Assembly (NCBI RefSeq): GCF_004010195.1
Contig: NC_057748.1
Span: 4,849,374 to 4,913,373 of the forward strand
Direction of reading: 5' to 3'
Source: Chiloscyllium plagiosum
Lineage: Eukaryota
Length of the DNA stretch: 64,000 bases
Under the pieces are notes generated by a model that saw only the letters and a list, made by a program, of their open reading frames with translations, did not search any database and was not told where the DNA came from. Numbering within the stretch: the first letter of the stretch is position 1; every line of letters starts with the position of its first letter. Of this stretch, positions 37,801 to 49,904 are shown piece after piece. The position numbers were made by a program, and so were the translations under genes.

Positions 37801-40800
37801 TTGACAGATGCAGATACAGCTCAGCAAAGAGTGGACCATGATTAATTAAACTCATTTTGATGGCAAATAGTGCATTTCTTTCAACCTCTGCTTCTGAGAA
37901 AGTGAAAGACAAATTAGCCATAACCTGCTGTCTTATTAGAGAGCCACAACTCAGAGCAATTTTAACCTGAGGCAATGGGAGAGGTTGAGAAGGACGGCCT
38001 TTCATAGTAACCTCAGCCAATGTGTCACTCACCAGCCATCCAGCCAACTGAACTAACCAACCAGATTTAAGAAAGCACCATTCACTTAAGAGCATAGAGT
38101 CATGGAGATGTACAGCATGGAAACAGACCCTTCGGTCCAACTTGTCCATGCCGACCAGATATCCCAACCCAATCTAGTCCCACCTGCCAGCACCCAGCCC
38201 ATATTCCTCTAAACCCTTGTTATTCATATACCCATCCAAATGCCTCTTAAATGTTGCAATTGTACCAGACTCCACCACATCCTCTGGCAGCTCATTCCAT
38301 ACACGTACTACCCTCTGTGTGAAAAAGAAGCCCCTTAGGTCTCTTTCATATCTTTCCCCTCTCACCCTAAACCCATGCCCTTTAATTCTGGACTCCACGA
38401 CCCCAGGGAAAAGACTTTGCCGATTTACCCTATCCATGTTTGCGCAAAAAAACCCTTTAAAATCTTCTGGAAATGGTGTGTTTTTCTTTGTGATTAACCT
38501 TGTTCAGCATTGCAGCTCTTCGGGTACTTTGAACTAAGCGGCTTTTCAAGTTTGCTGATCCCCTCCCCTCCCCCACCACCATCAATTTGTTGAAAGCATT
38601 AAACTGTGTGCTTTTCTCTTCCAAAAAAGTCTTTCTATTTCGAACGGGACGACGTTGCACTGGAGAACTTTGCAAAGTACTTCCACAAACTATCGGAACT
38701 GCTGCGTGAAAACGCCGAGGAGCTGACCAACTACCAGAAGCTAAGGGGAGGTCGTATCCGGCTGGAGGAGATCGAGGTGAGCTGGATGCTTCTGATCACT
38801 GTCATTTCTTTCCCCAGTGAGTGTGAAGTGCTTCCTGTAAGCTCTTGCCCAGTGTACATTCATGTAAGAAGTACGTTTAAGAAATATTTCGATGTGCACT
38901 TGTGACGCCATAGCCCAAGTGCTGGAAAATGGGATTCTATGATTCTAACCCCCTTTATTTCCTTTTAGTCCTCTACCCTTTCATGCCTGAAGGTGTTGTG
39001 TGACAATGTGAGGGAGCTGGATTAACATCAATGGAGATAGCATCATTAACACAGGGAGCTGAGTGGGAGGGTTTTACTGAGTGACAGTGTGAGGGAGCTG
39101 GATTATTATCACTAATATCACTAATTTGGAAGCACCTGTTGGATGTAATCTGGTGTTGTGTGATTTTTAACTTTGTCCATCCCTGTGCAACACCATCATC
39201 TCCACACCATGACTACATTACCAGCGACTGCATTTGGAAAAGAAATCCGCCAATTTACCTGGCCTGGTTAATCTGTGACTCCAGTCCCACAGCCTAGAGA
39301 GCCATTGAGTTCAAGGGCAATTAGGGATAGGTATCAAATACCAGCCTTGCCAGCAGCACCCACAATCCCCATGTGGGATTTCCTTGGGCGCTGCAGTTCA
39401 CATTGTCTACCACTAGATAGCAGTAGACTGTTGATTTTTGCAATGTTATCCTTCCCAAAGCTGCAGCCGGACCAGGGTTCTTGTGATGCAGTGGTAGTGC
39501 CCCTACCTCTGAGACAGGTGGCCTGGCTTCAAGTCTCACTTCCTCTTGAGGACTGGTTATAACATTGCTGAACAGGTTGATTAGAAAACTTTAAGACAAA
39601 TACACTTGAGAGCTATTGAAGGTTATGAAGCTATTGAAGAGTGGGTACTATGGCAGTGTAGCAGAGACAGTGGTACATTTTCTGCACAGCAAGATCCCAT
39701 CAGGTGCAATGAGCCAACCAGCAGATCATCTGTGTGAGGTGTTGCTAGAGCGATAAGCAGCAACAGAAACCTCTTTGCATTTGCATAATGCCCTTCACAA
39801 CCCAAACTCGTAAAGTGGTTTCTGGAAGTGTAGTCAGTTGCTGTTGTGTGGAAAAAGTTGCAGTAACCAACTTGTTGACAGTCAGTTCCCACAAGCAGCA
39901 ACGTGGTAATGACTAGGTAAACATGAGATCATCCAACTCGTCCGTGCCCTAACTTACACCATGTTCTGAACACCCATCGCCCCTGTGCACGCTGACCTAG
40001 TTCACAATCCCTGTAGTTTCAAAATTCTCAAGCTTTGTTTTCAAAGCCCTCCCCATCTCCGTAATCTGCTCCAGCCTCACAACTTTCCAAGATGGCTGCC
40101 TCCCCTCATTCTGACAATCTTGAGCATCCCTGTTGTGAATCACTGACAAATCCTGGTGGCTATGTCGTTAGCTCTAACCTGCAGAATTCCCTTCCTGAAC
40201 CTCTCCACCACTTTATCTCAATTCCCACCTTGAAACTGCTCCTTAAAGCCTATCTCGGTGACCAAACCTGAACCAATATCTCCTGAAGAGGCTGAGTATC
40301 ATGTATTGTTTTACAACGCTTCTGTGAATCCTCTTGGGAGATTTGTTACATGAACAACGCTGTATAAATACAACTTGCAGTTATAATCTGTTACAAACAT
40401 AGAAACAAGGAACAGGAGTAGGCCATTCAGTCCCTCAATCCTGCTGTGCCATTCAGTACAGTCGTGGCTGATCATCCAACTTAATCCCCTGTTCCTGCTT
40501 TCTCCCCCATACCCTTTGATCCCTTTATCCCGAAGAACTATATCTAATGCCTTCTTGAAAATATTCAATGTTTTGGCCTCAACCACTGTCTGTGGCAGAG
40601 AATTCCCCAGGCTCCCCACTCTCTGGGTGAAGACATTTCTCCTAATCTCAGTCTGAAATGACCCACTCCATATCCTTAGACCATGAACCCCCCCTTGGTT
40701 CTGGACTCTCCTGGTCATCACAAACATCCTTCTTGTTTACCCTGTCTAGTTCTGTTAGACTGTTACAGGTTTTGGGGGAGGCAATAGCCTAGTGGTGTTA

Positions 40801-43800
40801 TCGCTGGACTGTTAATCCAAAAACCTGATAATGTTCCAGGGACTTGGGTTCGAATCTCACCACAGCGGATGCCGGAAGTTGAATTCAATAAACATTCTGG
40901 AATAAAGACTCTAATGATGACCATGAATCCATTGTCAAGGAAAACCTCATCTGGTTTAGTAATGTCCTTGAGGGAAGGAAATGGCTATCCTTACCTAGTC
41001 TGGTCTACGTGTTACTCCAGACCCACCACAATGGTGGCTTACACTAACTGCCCTCTGGGCAAGTAGGGATGGACATTCCATCAGCCTGCATCTTGTGATG
41101 AATATTAACAAAATCTGACATGGTGGGTTACTCAGGTAGTTGCACTGACACCTTCTAATGGCTTGACCAAGCTGCCTCGATTCTAAAATTCTTGCTCTTG
41201 TTGCGCTCCCCACTCTCCAATCCCACCTCCCATCCTCTTTCTTCTTCAGCCCTGGGAGATCATCCTAATGAATGGTAGAGCAGGTTTGAGGGACCAAATG
41301 GCCCATTCCTGCCCCTATTACTTACGGCCTTTTGGCTGTAACCCGCCAAATGTAACCTCATTCCCCATCAGACGTTTAGCCTTTTACACATTCCCGCTTT
41401 CCATCGCTTTCCCTCTGGTGAATCGCTCCTACAGCTGCCTGAGGACCTAAACTCTGGAATTCCCTCCTTAACCCCCACCAGCCCCCTTTCTCTCTCTGTC
41501 TCCCTTCACCTTAGAGACACTTCTTAAAACCTACAGCTTTGACTAAGCTTCTGATCATCTGCCCTAATACCACTCCATATGTGTTGAGTGATGTCTGGAG
41601 CCTACTCCAGTGATGCACCATGGGAAATTTAATGACAACAACAGGCCCTACACCATCGCACGTCACTGTCACTGCCAGTGTTCACTGCATCTGGAAGGCT
41701 GGAAGGTGTCACAATGTTGATCTATTTACAAGGTTACTATGCCCTTTTCCAGGGAGGGGGTAACTGGCCAGGCTCCAACTTGGCTGGGTTTGAAAGGTTT
41801 ATTGAGGCCCTTTTTGTTTACCCCTAACAGATAATGCCTCCAGCCTAGCGCTTTTAAGCCTTAAAAATAACCAGTCTAATCAAAGGGGAGTGGCCAGCTT
41901 GCTGTGCAGCTAGCCTTCATTTCGATTTGAGTTTTTGATTCAGTTCAGCAGCAGCGTGTATGAAGAAAGGCTGCAGGGGCAAGTCCAGCCGGTTCCGCAC
42001 TCTCTCTAACTTCAAGCCTGTAAGCCCTGGTTGGTTTCATTTTTACTCTTTGTGCTAAGGGGTCTCTTTATGGAGATTGTTGCAAGTATTTTCGGAACAG
42101 CATCATTAAGTCGGGATAGTCTGTCAGGTTTTTGGACAGGAAACGTTATCCGGTATTCTATTTTCTGTTCTTTGTATTTTATTCTGTAATTTTGGAAATA
42201 AGTTCTGTTTGTTTAAAACTTGGTTGTCTGACCAGCTAATTCACTCCAGGAATATCCACTGTACGCTAACCTAAAACAAATAGTGAATTTATGGTCTGGG
42301 CTACCTGCTTAAAAATGATTTGAGGGGTTGGGCCTGGTCCATAACAAAGGGAAGAGTTAATCCCCAAATTTGATTCTGCCCCCTGTGCAAATTATGGAGT
42401 TGGTGTGAAATTGCAAGGCGTCAAAGGAATTTCCATCCAGCGTGTGTGAAATGGACAGAATTCACAGCTTCCTCTCCACCATCCCCACTTTACTTACTGA
42501 GAGAGTCACACCGACAAGAGATTAGAGTTTTGCTGCTGATTTGATATATTGTTGCCACGTGCACTGAGATGTAGTGAAAGGTGTTACTGCGCATGCTACC
42601 ACAGTAGATCATGCCGTACGGAGTGTATCAGGATCGCAGAACAGAGTGCAGTATATAATGTTACAGCCACAGAGAAGGGGCACAGAGAGAAATCCGAATT
42701 AACATTTGAGAAGTCGATTCAAAAGTCTGATAACAGTGAGGGAGAAGCTGCTCTTGAAAAGGTTTGTACATGTATTTAAACTTTTAGATCTCTTGCCCAA
42801 GGGAGAGGATGGAAGGGAGTATAACCGGGGTGGGAGTGGTCTTTGATGATGTTGGTTATTTTCCCGAGGCAGCGGGAGGTGTAGATGGAGTCAATGGATG
42901 GAAGGCTGGTTTGCGTGATGGACTGGGCTATGTTCACAACTCTCTGTCATGTCTTGTGGTCATGGAGTCACACAGATGTACAGCACAGAAATACACATTT
43001 CAATCCAACCTCTCCATTGCCCACCAGATGTCCTCAATTAATCTAGTCCCATTTGCCAGCATTTGGCCCATGTCCCTCTAAACCCTTCCTATCCGTATAC
43101 CCATCCAGATGCCTTCTAAATGCTGTGATTGTACCAGCCTCTACCACTTCCTCTGCCAGTTCATTCCATACACGTACCAACCTCTGTGAAAAAATAGTTG
43201 CCCCTTAGGTCCATTTTAAATCTTTCTCCTCTCACCCTAAACCTATGCCCTCCAGTTCTGGACTTCCCCCACCCCAGGGAAAAGATGTTGTCTATTTATC
43301 CTATCCATGTCCCTCATGATTTTGTAAACATCTATAAGGTCACCCCTCAGCCTCTGATGCTCCAGGGAAAACAGCCCCAGCCTATTCACCCTCGGGAAGG
43401 GCAGTTGCCAAACCACACGGTGGTGCCTCCAGGCTTCTGTAGAGAGAGACAGTGAGAGAGAGAGAGATCTCATTTTGACTCTTTTCCTGGCACAGAAACC
43501 AGACAGGCAAGAATGGACCAATGGGTTGGAGGCGATTCAGTGTGCACTTGATCTGCAGAAAACTATCAACAAATCTCTCTTGGAACTGCATCGCCTGGCT
43601 TCCGATAAACATGACCCTCAGGTAGCTCGCGTTTTGTTCCTTATGGGCTGTTGCCCCCGCCACCGGGCACATTGTTATTGATGTATAGAACAGGGGTGGC
43701 ACGATGGTTCAGTGGTTAGCACTGTTGCTTCACAGCACCAGGGACCCGGGTTCAATTCCACCCTTGGGTGACTGTGTGGAGTTTGCACATTCTCCCCATA

Positions 43801-44746
43801 TCTGCATGGGCTTCCTCCCACAATCCAAAGATATATCAGTTAGATGGTCATTGGATAAACATATGGGTGAAAATTGAACAGCGTAGGTTAAATAGGCTTC
43901 AGACTGGTTCCACAGGTCGTGCAACATCAAGGGCCAAAGGGCTGCATTGTCCTATGGATTGGCCATGTTAAATTGCCCCATAAGTGGGTTAGCCATGGAA
44001 GATGCAGGGTAATAGGGATAGGGTAGGTGGCGTGGTTCTGAGTGGGATTCTCTCTGGAGGATGGGCATGGACTCAATGGCCTCCTTCCACACTTTTGAAT
44101 TATTCTAACTGCCCTCATCACCCAGTGAATGTGGGGTTTATGGGCACGTCCATCTCATGACACCCTTTGTCATGAACAGCAATATTTCACTTGCTTCCCT
44201 GGTGCCAAATGGATTCCATTCCTGATTGACTCTGAACTCCTTGAGTGCACTTTAGCTCTTTCTTGAGAAACTGCGCGTGCTGTAAATCAGAAACAAAAAC
44301 AGAAATTGCTGGAAAAGCTCAGCAGGTCGAGCAGCATCCATGGAGAGAAATCAGAATTAACGTTTCAGGGTCAAGTGACCCTCAGAACAGAATTCTTAAC
44401 TCTTTCTCGCTCTCTCTCCAGGGATGCTACCAGACTTGCTGAGTTCCTCCAGCACATGACATTTCTGTTTCAGGTTTCCAACATCACAGATCTTCGGTTC
44501 TGTGACTGGTAGTGACCGATCTCATGTCATCAGGTATAATAACTGACCGGAGTCACTGAGTTATTTCACATTTGGTTTATTTTATTGTTCTTTCAGATGT
44601 GCAATTACCTCGAGTCCAATTTCTTGAACAGCAGCGTAGAAACGCTGAAGACGTTGGGAGATCACATCACAAGTCTCAAGAAGTTGACCGTGGGCAAGCT
44701 GAGTGGAATGGGCGAATACCTCTTCAACAAGCACACTCTTGGATAG
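34752..44746 (+). CDS. Ferritin gene B, lower/light (L)-type subunit lacking a ferroxidase centre, 174 aa, 4 coding exons
   Basis: Exons 34752-34853, 38630-38776, 43496-43621, 44597-44746; GT-AG, phase 0; exons 1-3 are the same length as in gene A. Translation: [174 protein letters not shown]. No stops or frameshifts. LQK, [18 protein letters not shown] and YLFNKHTLG* match my recollection of the frog lower subunit. Confidence 0.93.
35787..36025. mobile_element. Palindromic Penelope-like family-A insertion in ferritin B intron 1
   Basis: Flanking duplication GCTCCTATATA (35776-35786, 36026-36036); core CTGATGA-AGAGCTTTTGCTC-GAAACGTC at 35932-35959. Confidence 0.8.
38093..38437 (-). mobile_element. 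CR1/HER-like LINE 3' end in ferritin B intron 1
   Basis: [11 protein letters not shown]...[14 protein letters not shown] plus tail. Similar fragments at 40395-40770(-) and 42960-43390(-) in intron 2. Confidence 0.88.
38630..38776 (+). CDS. Ferritin B exon 2
   Basis: Acceptor cttttctcttccaaaaaAG; FERDDVAL...RGGRI; donor GAG|GTGAGC. Confidence 0.93.
41760..42346. mobile_element. Possible solo LTR or other interspersed repeat in ferritin B intron 2
   Basis: ~590-bp block with imperfect inverted ends GTAACTGGCCAGG ... CCTGGTCCATAACA; no clear target-site duplication. Confidence 0.3.
43496..43621 (+). CDS. Ferritin B exon 3
   Basis: Acceptor ttttcctggcacAG; KPDRQEW...DKHDPQ; donor CAG|GTAGCT. 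Confidence 0.94.
44597..44746 (+). CDS. Ferritin B exon 4
   Basis: Acceptor ttgttctttcAG; LGDHITSL...[10 protein letters not shown]; TAG at 44744-44746. Confidence 0.94.
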   Translation: MCNYLESNFLNSSVETLKTLGDHITSLKKLTVGKLSGMGEYLFNKHTLG

Positions 44747-44894
44747 AAGGACCTGACTGTGGGAACCTCAAGTCTCTCTCTTTATAACCTCCACCTGCGC
44801 CATGTTGAAATCCAAAGTATTTTAGGCTGGTTGGTGAAGGAATGAGAATTGGAAGGAAATATTTGTCTGTGGAGTGGCCGTGGCAATATTATGT

Positions 44895-44900
44895 AATAAA
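44895..44900 (+). terminator. Polyadenylation signal of ferritin B
   Basis: AATAAA about 150 nt after the stop, followed by a GT/T-rich tract. Confidence 0.7.
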
Positions 44901-46300
44901 TAACTTTAATTGAAAAGTATTATGGATTTCATGGGTGTTTCTCTTTTAAAGCTGTAGCCCTTCTCTCACAGCTCCAGACTACAGTGTGCAACCAGGCCAT
45001 TTGGCCCATTAAGTCCACACTAACCCACTGTAGAGCATCCCACCCAGAACCACCCCATCCCTATAAACCTGCATTTCCCATGGCCATTTCATCTAACCTG
45101 AACATCTTTGGACTGTGGGAGGAAACCGGAGCACCCGGAGTACCCACACAGACACAAGGAGAACGTGCAAACTCCACACAGACAGTGGTCCTGAGAGTGG
45201 AATTGAAGCAAGGTCCCTGGCACCATGAGGCAGAGTGCTGACCACCGAGCCACTCCCGTGCTCTGATTTTATTCCTCAGAAGACTAACGAGTCGAATTTC
45301 TATAACCATTTCTTTCTCTAGGGAGCAAGTACTCGGTCAGAATAATACTTACACCACAGGTTCGATTCTCTATCCTGACAGGGGTGAATTTGGAGCTGTC
45401 TCATCGCACTGTCCCTGAAAGTGGAAGGTGAAAACTATGAAGGAAATAGCTCAGAGTGAGGCACTGGGTGACAAGGTCCTGCCTTCAGGCAGGGTGCACA
45501 TTGTAAATAGATACTGTCAAACTGATGAAGGGCTTTTGCCCGAAACGTCGATTTTCCTGCTCCTCTGATGCTGCCTGACCTGCTGTGCTTTTCCAGCACC
45601 ACTCTAACCTCCAGCATCTGCAGTACCCACTTTCACCTAGTTGATGTTAATTTATTATAAGGGAATTGAATACAAAGGTAGGGAGGTTCTGCCTCAGTGC
45701 TACAGGACACCAGTACTCCCTGTAGGTCCCACATGTATAACAGCTCCCATGTTCACTGCAGAATAGTCAAGGGAACGCTACAGGATACTGGGGAGGCCAC
45801 ATCTGGAGGATTGAGTACAGTATTGGGTTCCTTACTGAAGGAAGGGTGTCAATGTATAGAAAGTAGTTCAGAGATCTTCTCCCAGACCGGTAAAAGCAAA
45901 ACACTGCGTAAGCATTGCTCGCTCTGAGCTTTGCTTGTTTCTGGTTCCCTGGCCACATGGACATTTTTCTTGGTGGTGGAAATATTGAACAAAATGATCT
46001 CGCACACGGTGTTTAACCAACTCCTGCCCTTACACTCACCACACAGAGGAAGAAAAATAAATAAGATAAGAAATCTGAGGCAGAGAACAGGTGGTAAAGC
46101 TCAGCAGGCCTGGCAGCTTCTGTGGCGAGAGAGAGCTGACTAGTTTTTGGAATGAGTAGGTTGTCTTATGAGGAAGGGTTGGACTGACGGGACTTGTATT
46201 CACTGGGGTTTAAACAGGAAGTGGCAACTTGATTGAAACAGAGAAGACCATGCGGGGTCTTGACGGGCTGGATGTGCTGGGGTGGGAGTGAGAGAGAGTG

Positions 46301-46925
46301 NNNNNNNNNNNNNNNNNNNNNNNNNNNNNNNNNNNNNNNNNNNNNNNNNNNNNNNNNNNNNNNNNNNNNNNNNNNNNNNNNNNNNNNNNNNNNNNNNNNN
46401 NNNNNNNNNNNNNNNNNNNNNNNNNNNNNNNNNNNNNNNNNNNNNNNNNNNNNNNNNNNNNNNNNNNNNNNNNNNNNNNNNNNNNNNNNNNNNNNNNNNN
46501 NNNNNNNNNNNNNNNNNNNNNNNNNNNNNNNNNNNNNNNNNNNNNNNNNNNNNNNNNNNNNNNNNNNNNNNNNNNNNNNNNNNNNNNNNNNNNNNNNNNN
46601 NNNNNNNNNNNNNNNNNNNNNNNNNNNNNNNNNNNNNNNNNNNNNNNNNNNNNNNNNNNNNNNNNNNNNNNNNNNNNNNNNNNNNNNNNNNNNNNNNNNN
46701 NNNNNNNNNNNNNNNNNNNNNNNNNNNNNNNNNNNNNNNNNNNNNNNNNNNNNNNNNNNNNNNNNNNNNNNNNNNNNNNNNNNNNNNNNNNNNNNNNNNN
46801 NNNNNNNNNNNNNNNNNNNNNNNNNNNNNNNNNNNNNNNNNNNNNNNNNNNNNNNNNNNNNNNNNNNNNNNNNNNNNNNNNNNNNNNNNNNNNNNNNNNN
46901 NNNNNNNNNNNNNNNNNNNNNNNNN
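46301..46925. other. Assembly gap
   Basis: Run of N. Confidence 1.
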
Positions 46926-47340
46926 GGTGTGAGTGTACTCAGTTTGGGGTATTCAGGGGGTCAGAGGGTCATGGGGTAAGGGTAGGGTCAAGGAGACTAT
47001 GGAGGGGTCAATGTACGCAGGTCAGGGAGGGTCACAGAGGTCAGGATGGGGTCAAGTGTGTCAGGGGTGTGGGTGTACTCAGGTTGGGAAGTTCAGAGGG
47101 TTCAGGTGGGATTGGGGTCAGGGAGACAGTGTACTCAGGTTCGGGTTTTCAGGGAGTCAGAGGGTCATGGGCGTAAGGATAGGGTCAAGGGGACCATGGA
47201 GGGGTCAGTGAACTCAGGTCGAGGGTGGTCAAGGGGTCTTGGTGCACTCAGGTTGGGCAGGTTGAGGGTATGATTGTATGCGGATCAGGGAATTTGAGGG
47301 GTCCGGGAGATCACAAGGCATCGGAGTGGGTGGGGGGGTA
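46926..47340. repeat. Degenerate G-rich tandem repeat (GTGTACTCAGGT...GGGGTCA motifs)
   Basis: Recurrent GTACTCAG and GGGGTCA(A/G)GG blocks abutting the gap. Confidence 0.65.
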
Positions 47341-49904
47341 TAACGTTGTACTCAGTCAGGAGTAGCCCTGGGGTCTGTGACCTCTGTCTTGTCCCTCAGT
47401 GGAAGTAATGTCATTGAAGAATGCAAGTGGGGAAGGGGTAGGGGGGGATGAAAGATGATCTTGAGTAGACGTGAATGTGGAGCAATCCTATCAGCTGTGA
47501 CCTTACTGCATGGAGGACCAGGCGTGAGGGACAGAGTCATCATTTCTTGCTGTTAACTCCTACTTTTGTATGTTGCTGGAAATAAATTGCACAGGGATTT
47601 GAAGTCTTAAACAGGAATGAAGTTCAGTATGAGCAAGGAGAGTTAAATTTTAAACCTTCCTCCTCACGATGGCTCAATGGTTAGCACTGCTGCCTCACAG
47701 TACCAGGGTCCAAGGTTTGATTCCAGCCTCAGGTGACTGTCTGTGTGGAGTTTGCACATTCTCCCCGTGTCTGCGTGGCTTTGCTCCGGTTTCCTCCCAC
47801 AATCCAGGTTAGGGTGAATTGGCCCTTAATGTTTAAGGATGTGTAGGTTAGATGCAGGGGTAAATATAGGATAGTAGGGGAATGGGTGTGGGTGGTTTGC
47901 TCTTCAGGGGGTTAGTGTGGACTCGTTGGGCCGAAGGGCCTGTTTTCACACTGTAGGGATTCTATACTATGTGGAGTGAGTGTGTTCCCAGTCAGGGGCA
48001 CACTTACCTGGGTGTCCCCACATTCCCCCTTCCTTTTTAGCTGCCACTCTCCACCCAACTGTGGACAGACAGCTTACAGGAAGCATCAGCAGTGAGGTGG
48101 TCTGGTGGCTCAGTGGTTAGCACTGCTGCCTCACAGCACCAGGGACCCAGGTTCGATTCCAGCCTCAGCTACTGTCTGTGTGGAGTTTGCATGTTATCAA
48201 TGTGTCTGTGTGGGTTATCTCTGGGTGCTCTGGTTTCCTCCCACAGTCCAAAGATGTGCAGGCAAAAGTGAGGACTGCAGATGCTGGAAACCAGAGTTTA
48301 GATTAGAGTGGTGCTGGAAAAGCATAGCAGGTCAGGCAGCATCTGAGGAGCAGAAAAATTGACATTTCGGGCAAAAGCCGGTGGATTGACCATGGGATAT
48401 GCAGGGTTATAGGGTAGGGGGTGAGTCTGAATGGGTTGCTCTCGGAGAATTAGCGTGGACTCAATGGCTCCCACTATAGGGATGCTGCTGTGCTCTTTAT
48501 TACTGTCTGACCTGACGCAGGCATTTACCCAATGGGCTGAAGGGCCTGTGCTTCTACTTGTAGATCGCTATGATTCATGATTGCCAAGGGTGATCTGGAA
48601 CAGAATCCTGGAGGTTCTTCCTTGGGAGAGTAAGACTGTGGTCTGAGTGGAGCTGGGATGGGAAATGCTCCTAGTGTGGAACAAAGAAAATCCAAACTCC
48701 TCGAGGCACAGTAAACCGCTCCAGGAAACGATTGTGTCCATCTCCATAAAACATGAAATCTATCATTGCTCGATGATTATTCAGTGGCAGAGCTGGGCGT
48801 TGGTTTTAATTTTTTTCTCATATTCTATCTGAACAGGAAACAGATTCTCAAGGATTGCTCCACCAACACCTTCCATTCATTGGAAACTAATTCCTAGACC
48901 ATGGTTGAACATTAAACACAGTGTAACCCACTGACAATTCTATAATCCTGCACTGATGCTGCTAAAACTGTCTCACCCAAAGCTAAACATCTTGTGCAGA
49001 GATTCCTGTTAAACAATAACTAGTTCCCAAAGATGAAGAACCTATGATGTGGTCCTCTTTCGCAAAAGGTGGTGTGGACTTGATGGGCTGAATGGCCTGC
49101 TTCCCCACTGTAGGGATTCTATGATTCAAAAGAATCAAGGAACCCAACAGCCCAGCCCTGCTCCTATTTCATACATTCCTTAGTCTTTCTCTCAGAAGGT
49201 CATTAGTCTGAGAAATGTTGTTCCTCACCGTGGGAGGAGAGTTACTGAAGATTGTTAAGGCCGAATTAGATTAATTCCAGATTGACAGGACAATTATGAG
49301 GGTACAGGAGGGAGGCAGGGGTTGTAAAGTTGAGACTACAGTCAGATCAACTGCGATCTTATTGAATGGCAGGGTAGGTTTGTCGGGTCAAATAGCTTCA
49401 ACATTACATCCCTCTTGTCGATCTAGAATCAAACTCAGTCTTAAAAATATTCAGTAATGTACCTTCCACAACGAGGAGCAAGATTACACACAAGAATGAC
49501 CTTTGGAGAGAGAAAATAAGGAACATGCAAGATAGGAGCAGGGCTCGGCCATTGAACCCTTCGATTCTAGTCCACCATTTGCTCAGGTGTCACTTAAATA
49601 GTTTCCTCATCCGTGGGAGTTAACTATTGTTCACAGGGTTCTTTGCATAATTGGTATCTCAATGGACAGTAATTTACCTCTGGGTTAGAGTCATAGAGTA
49701 TTACAGCAAGAAAAGAGACCCTTCAGCCCATCAGTCTGCCCTGGTTGTGGATTCGAGCCTTAACTCCAGAGACTTAAATACAGGCTGATATTCCCAGTGC
49801 TGCACTGCTGGAAAACCAAGAAATTATTGACCAGCAATGTGTTAACGGGAAATGACTGCAGTCCTTAATGAGGTGAAAGGTACAGTTACCGAGGGAAGAC
49901 ATTT

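Noticed and set aside
34752-44746. Ferritin B as a pseudogene
   Set aside because: All four exons are open with canonical splice sites and a poly(A) signal; structural motifs are conserved and the protein resembles known lower subunits. Expression is still unverified.
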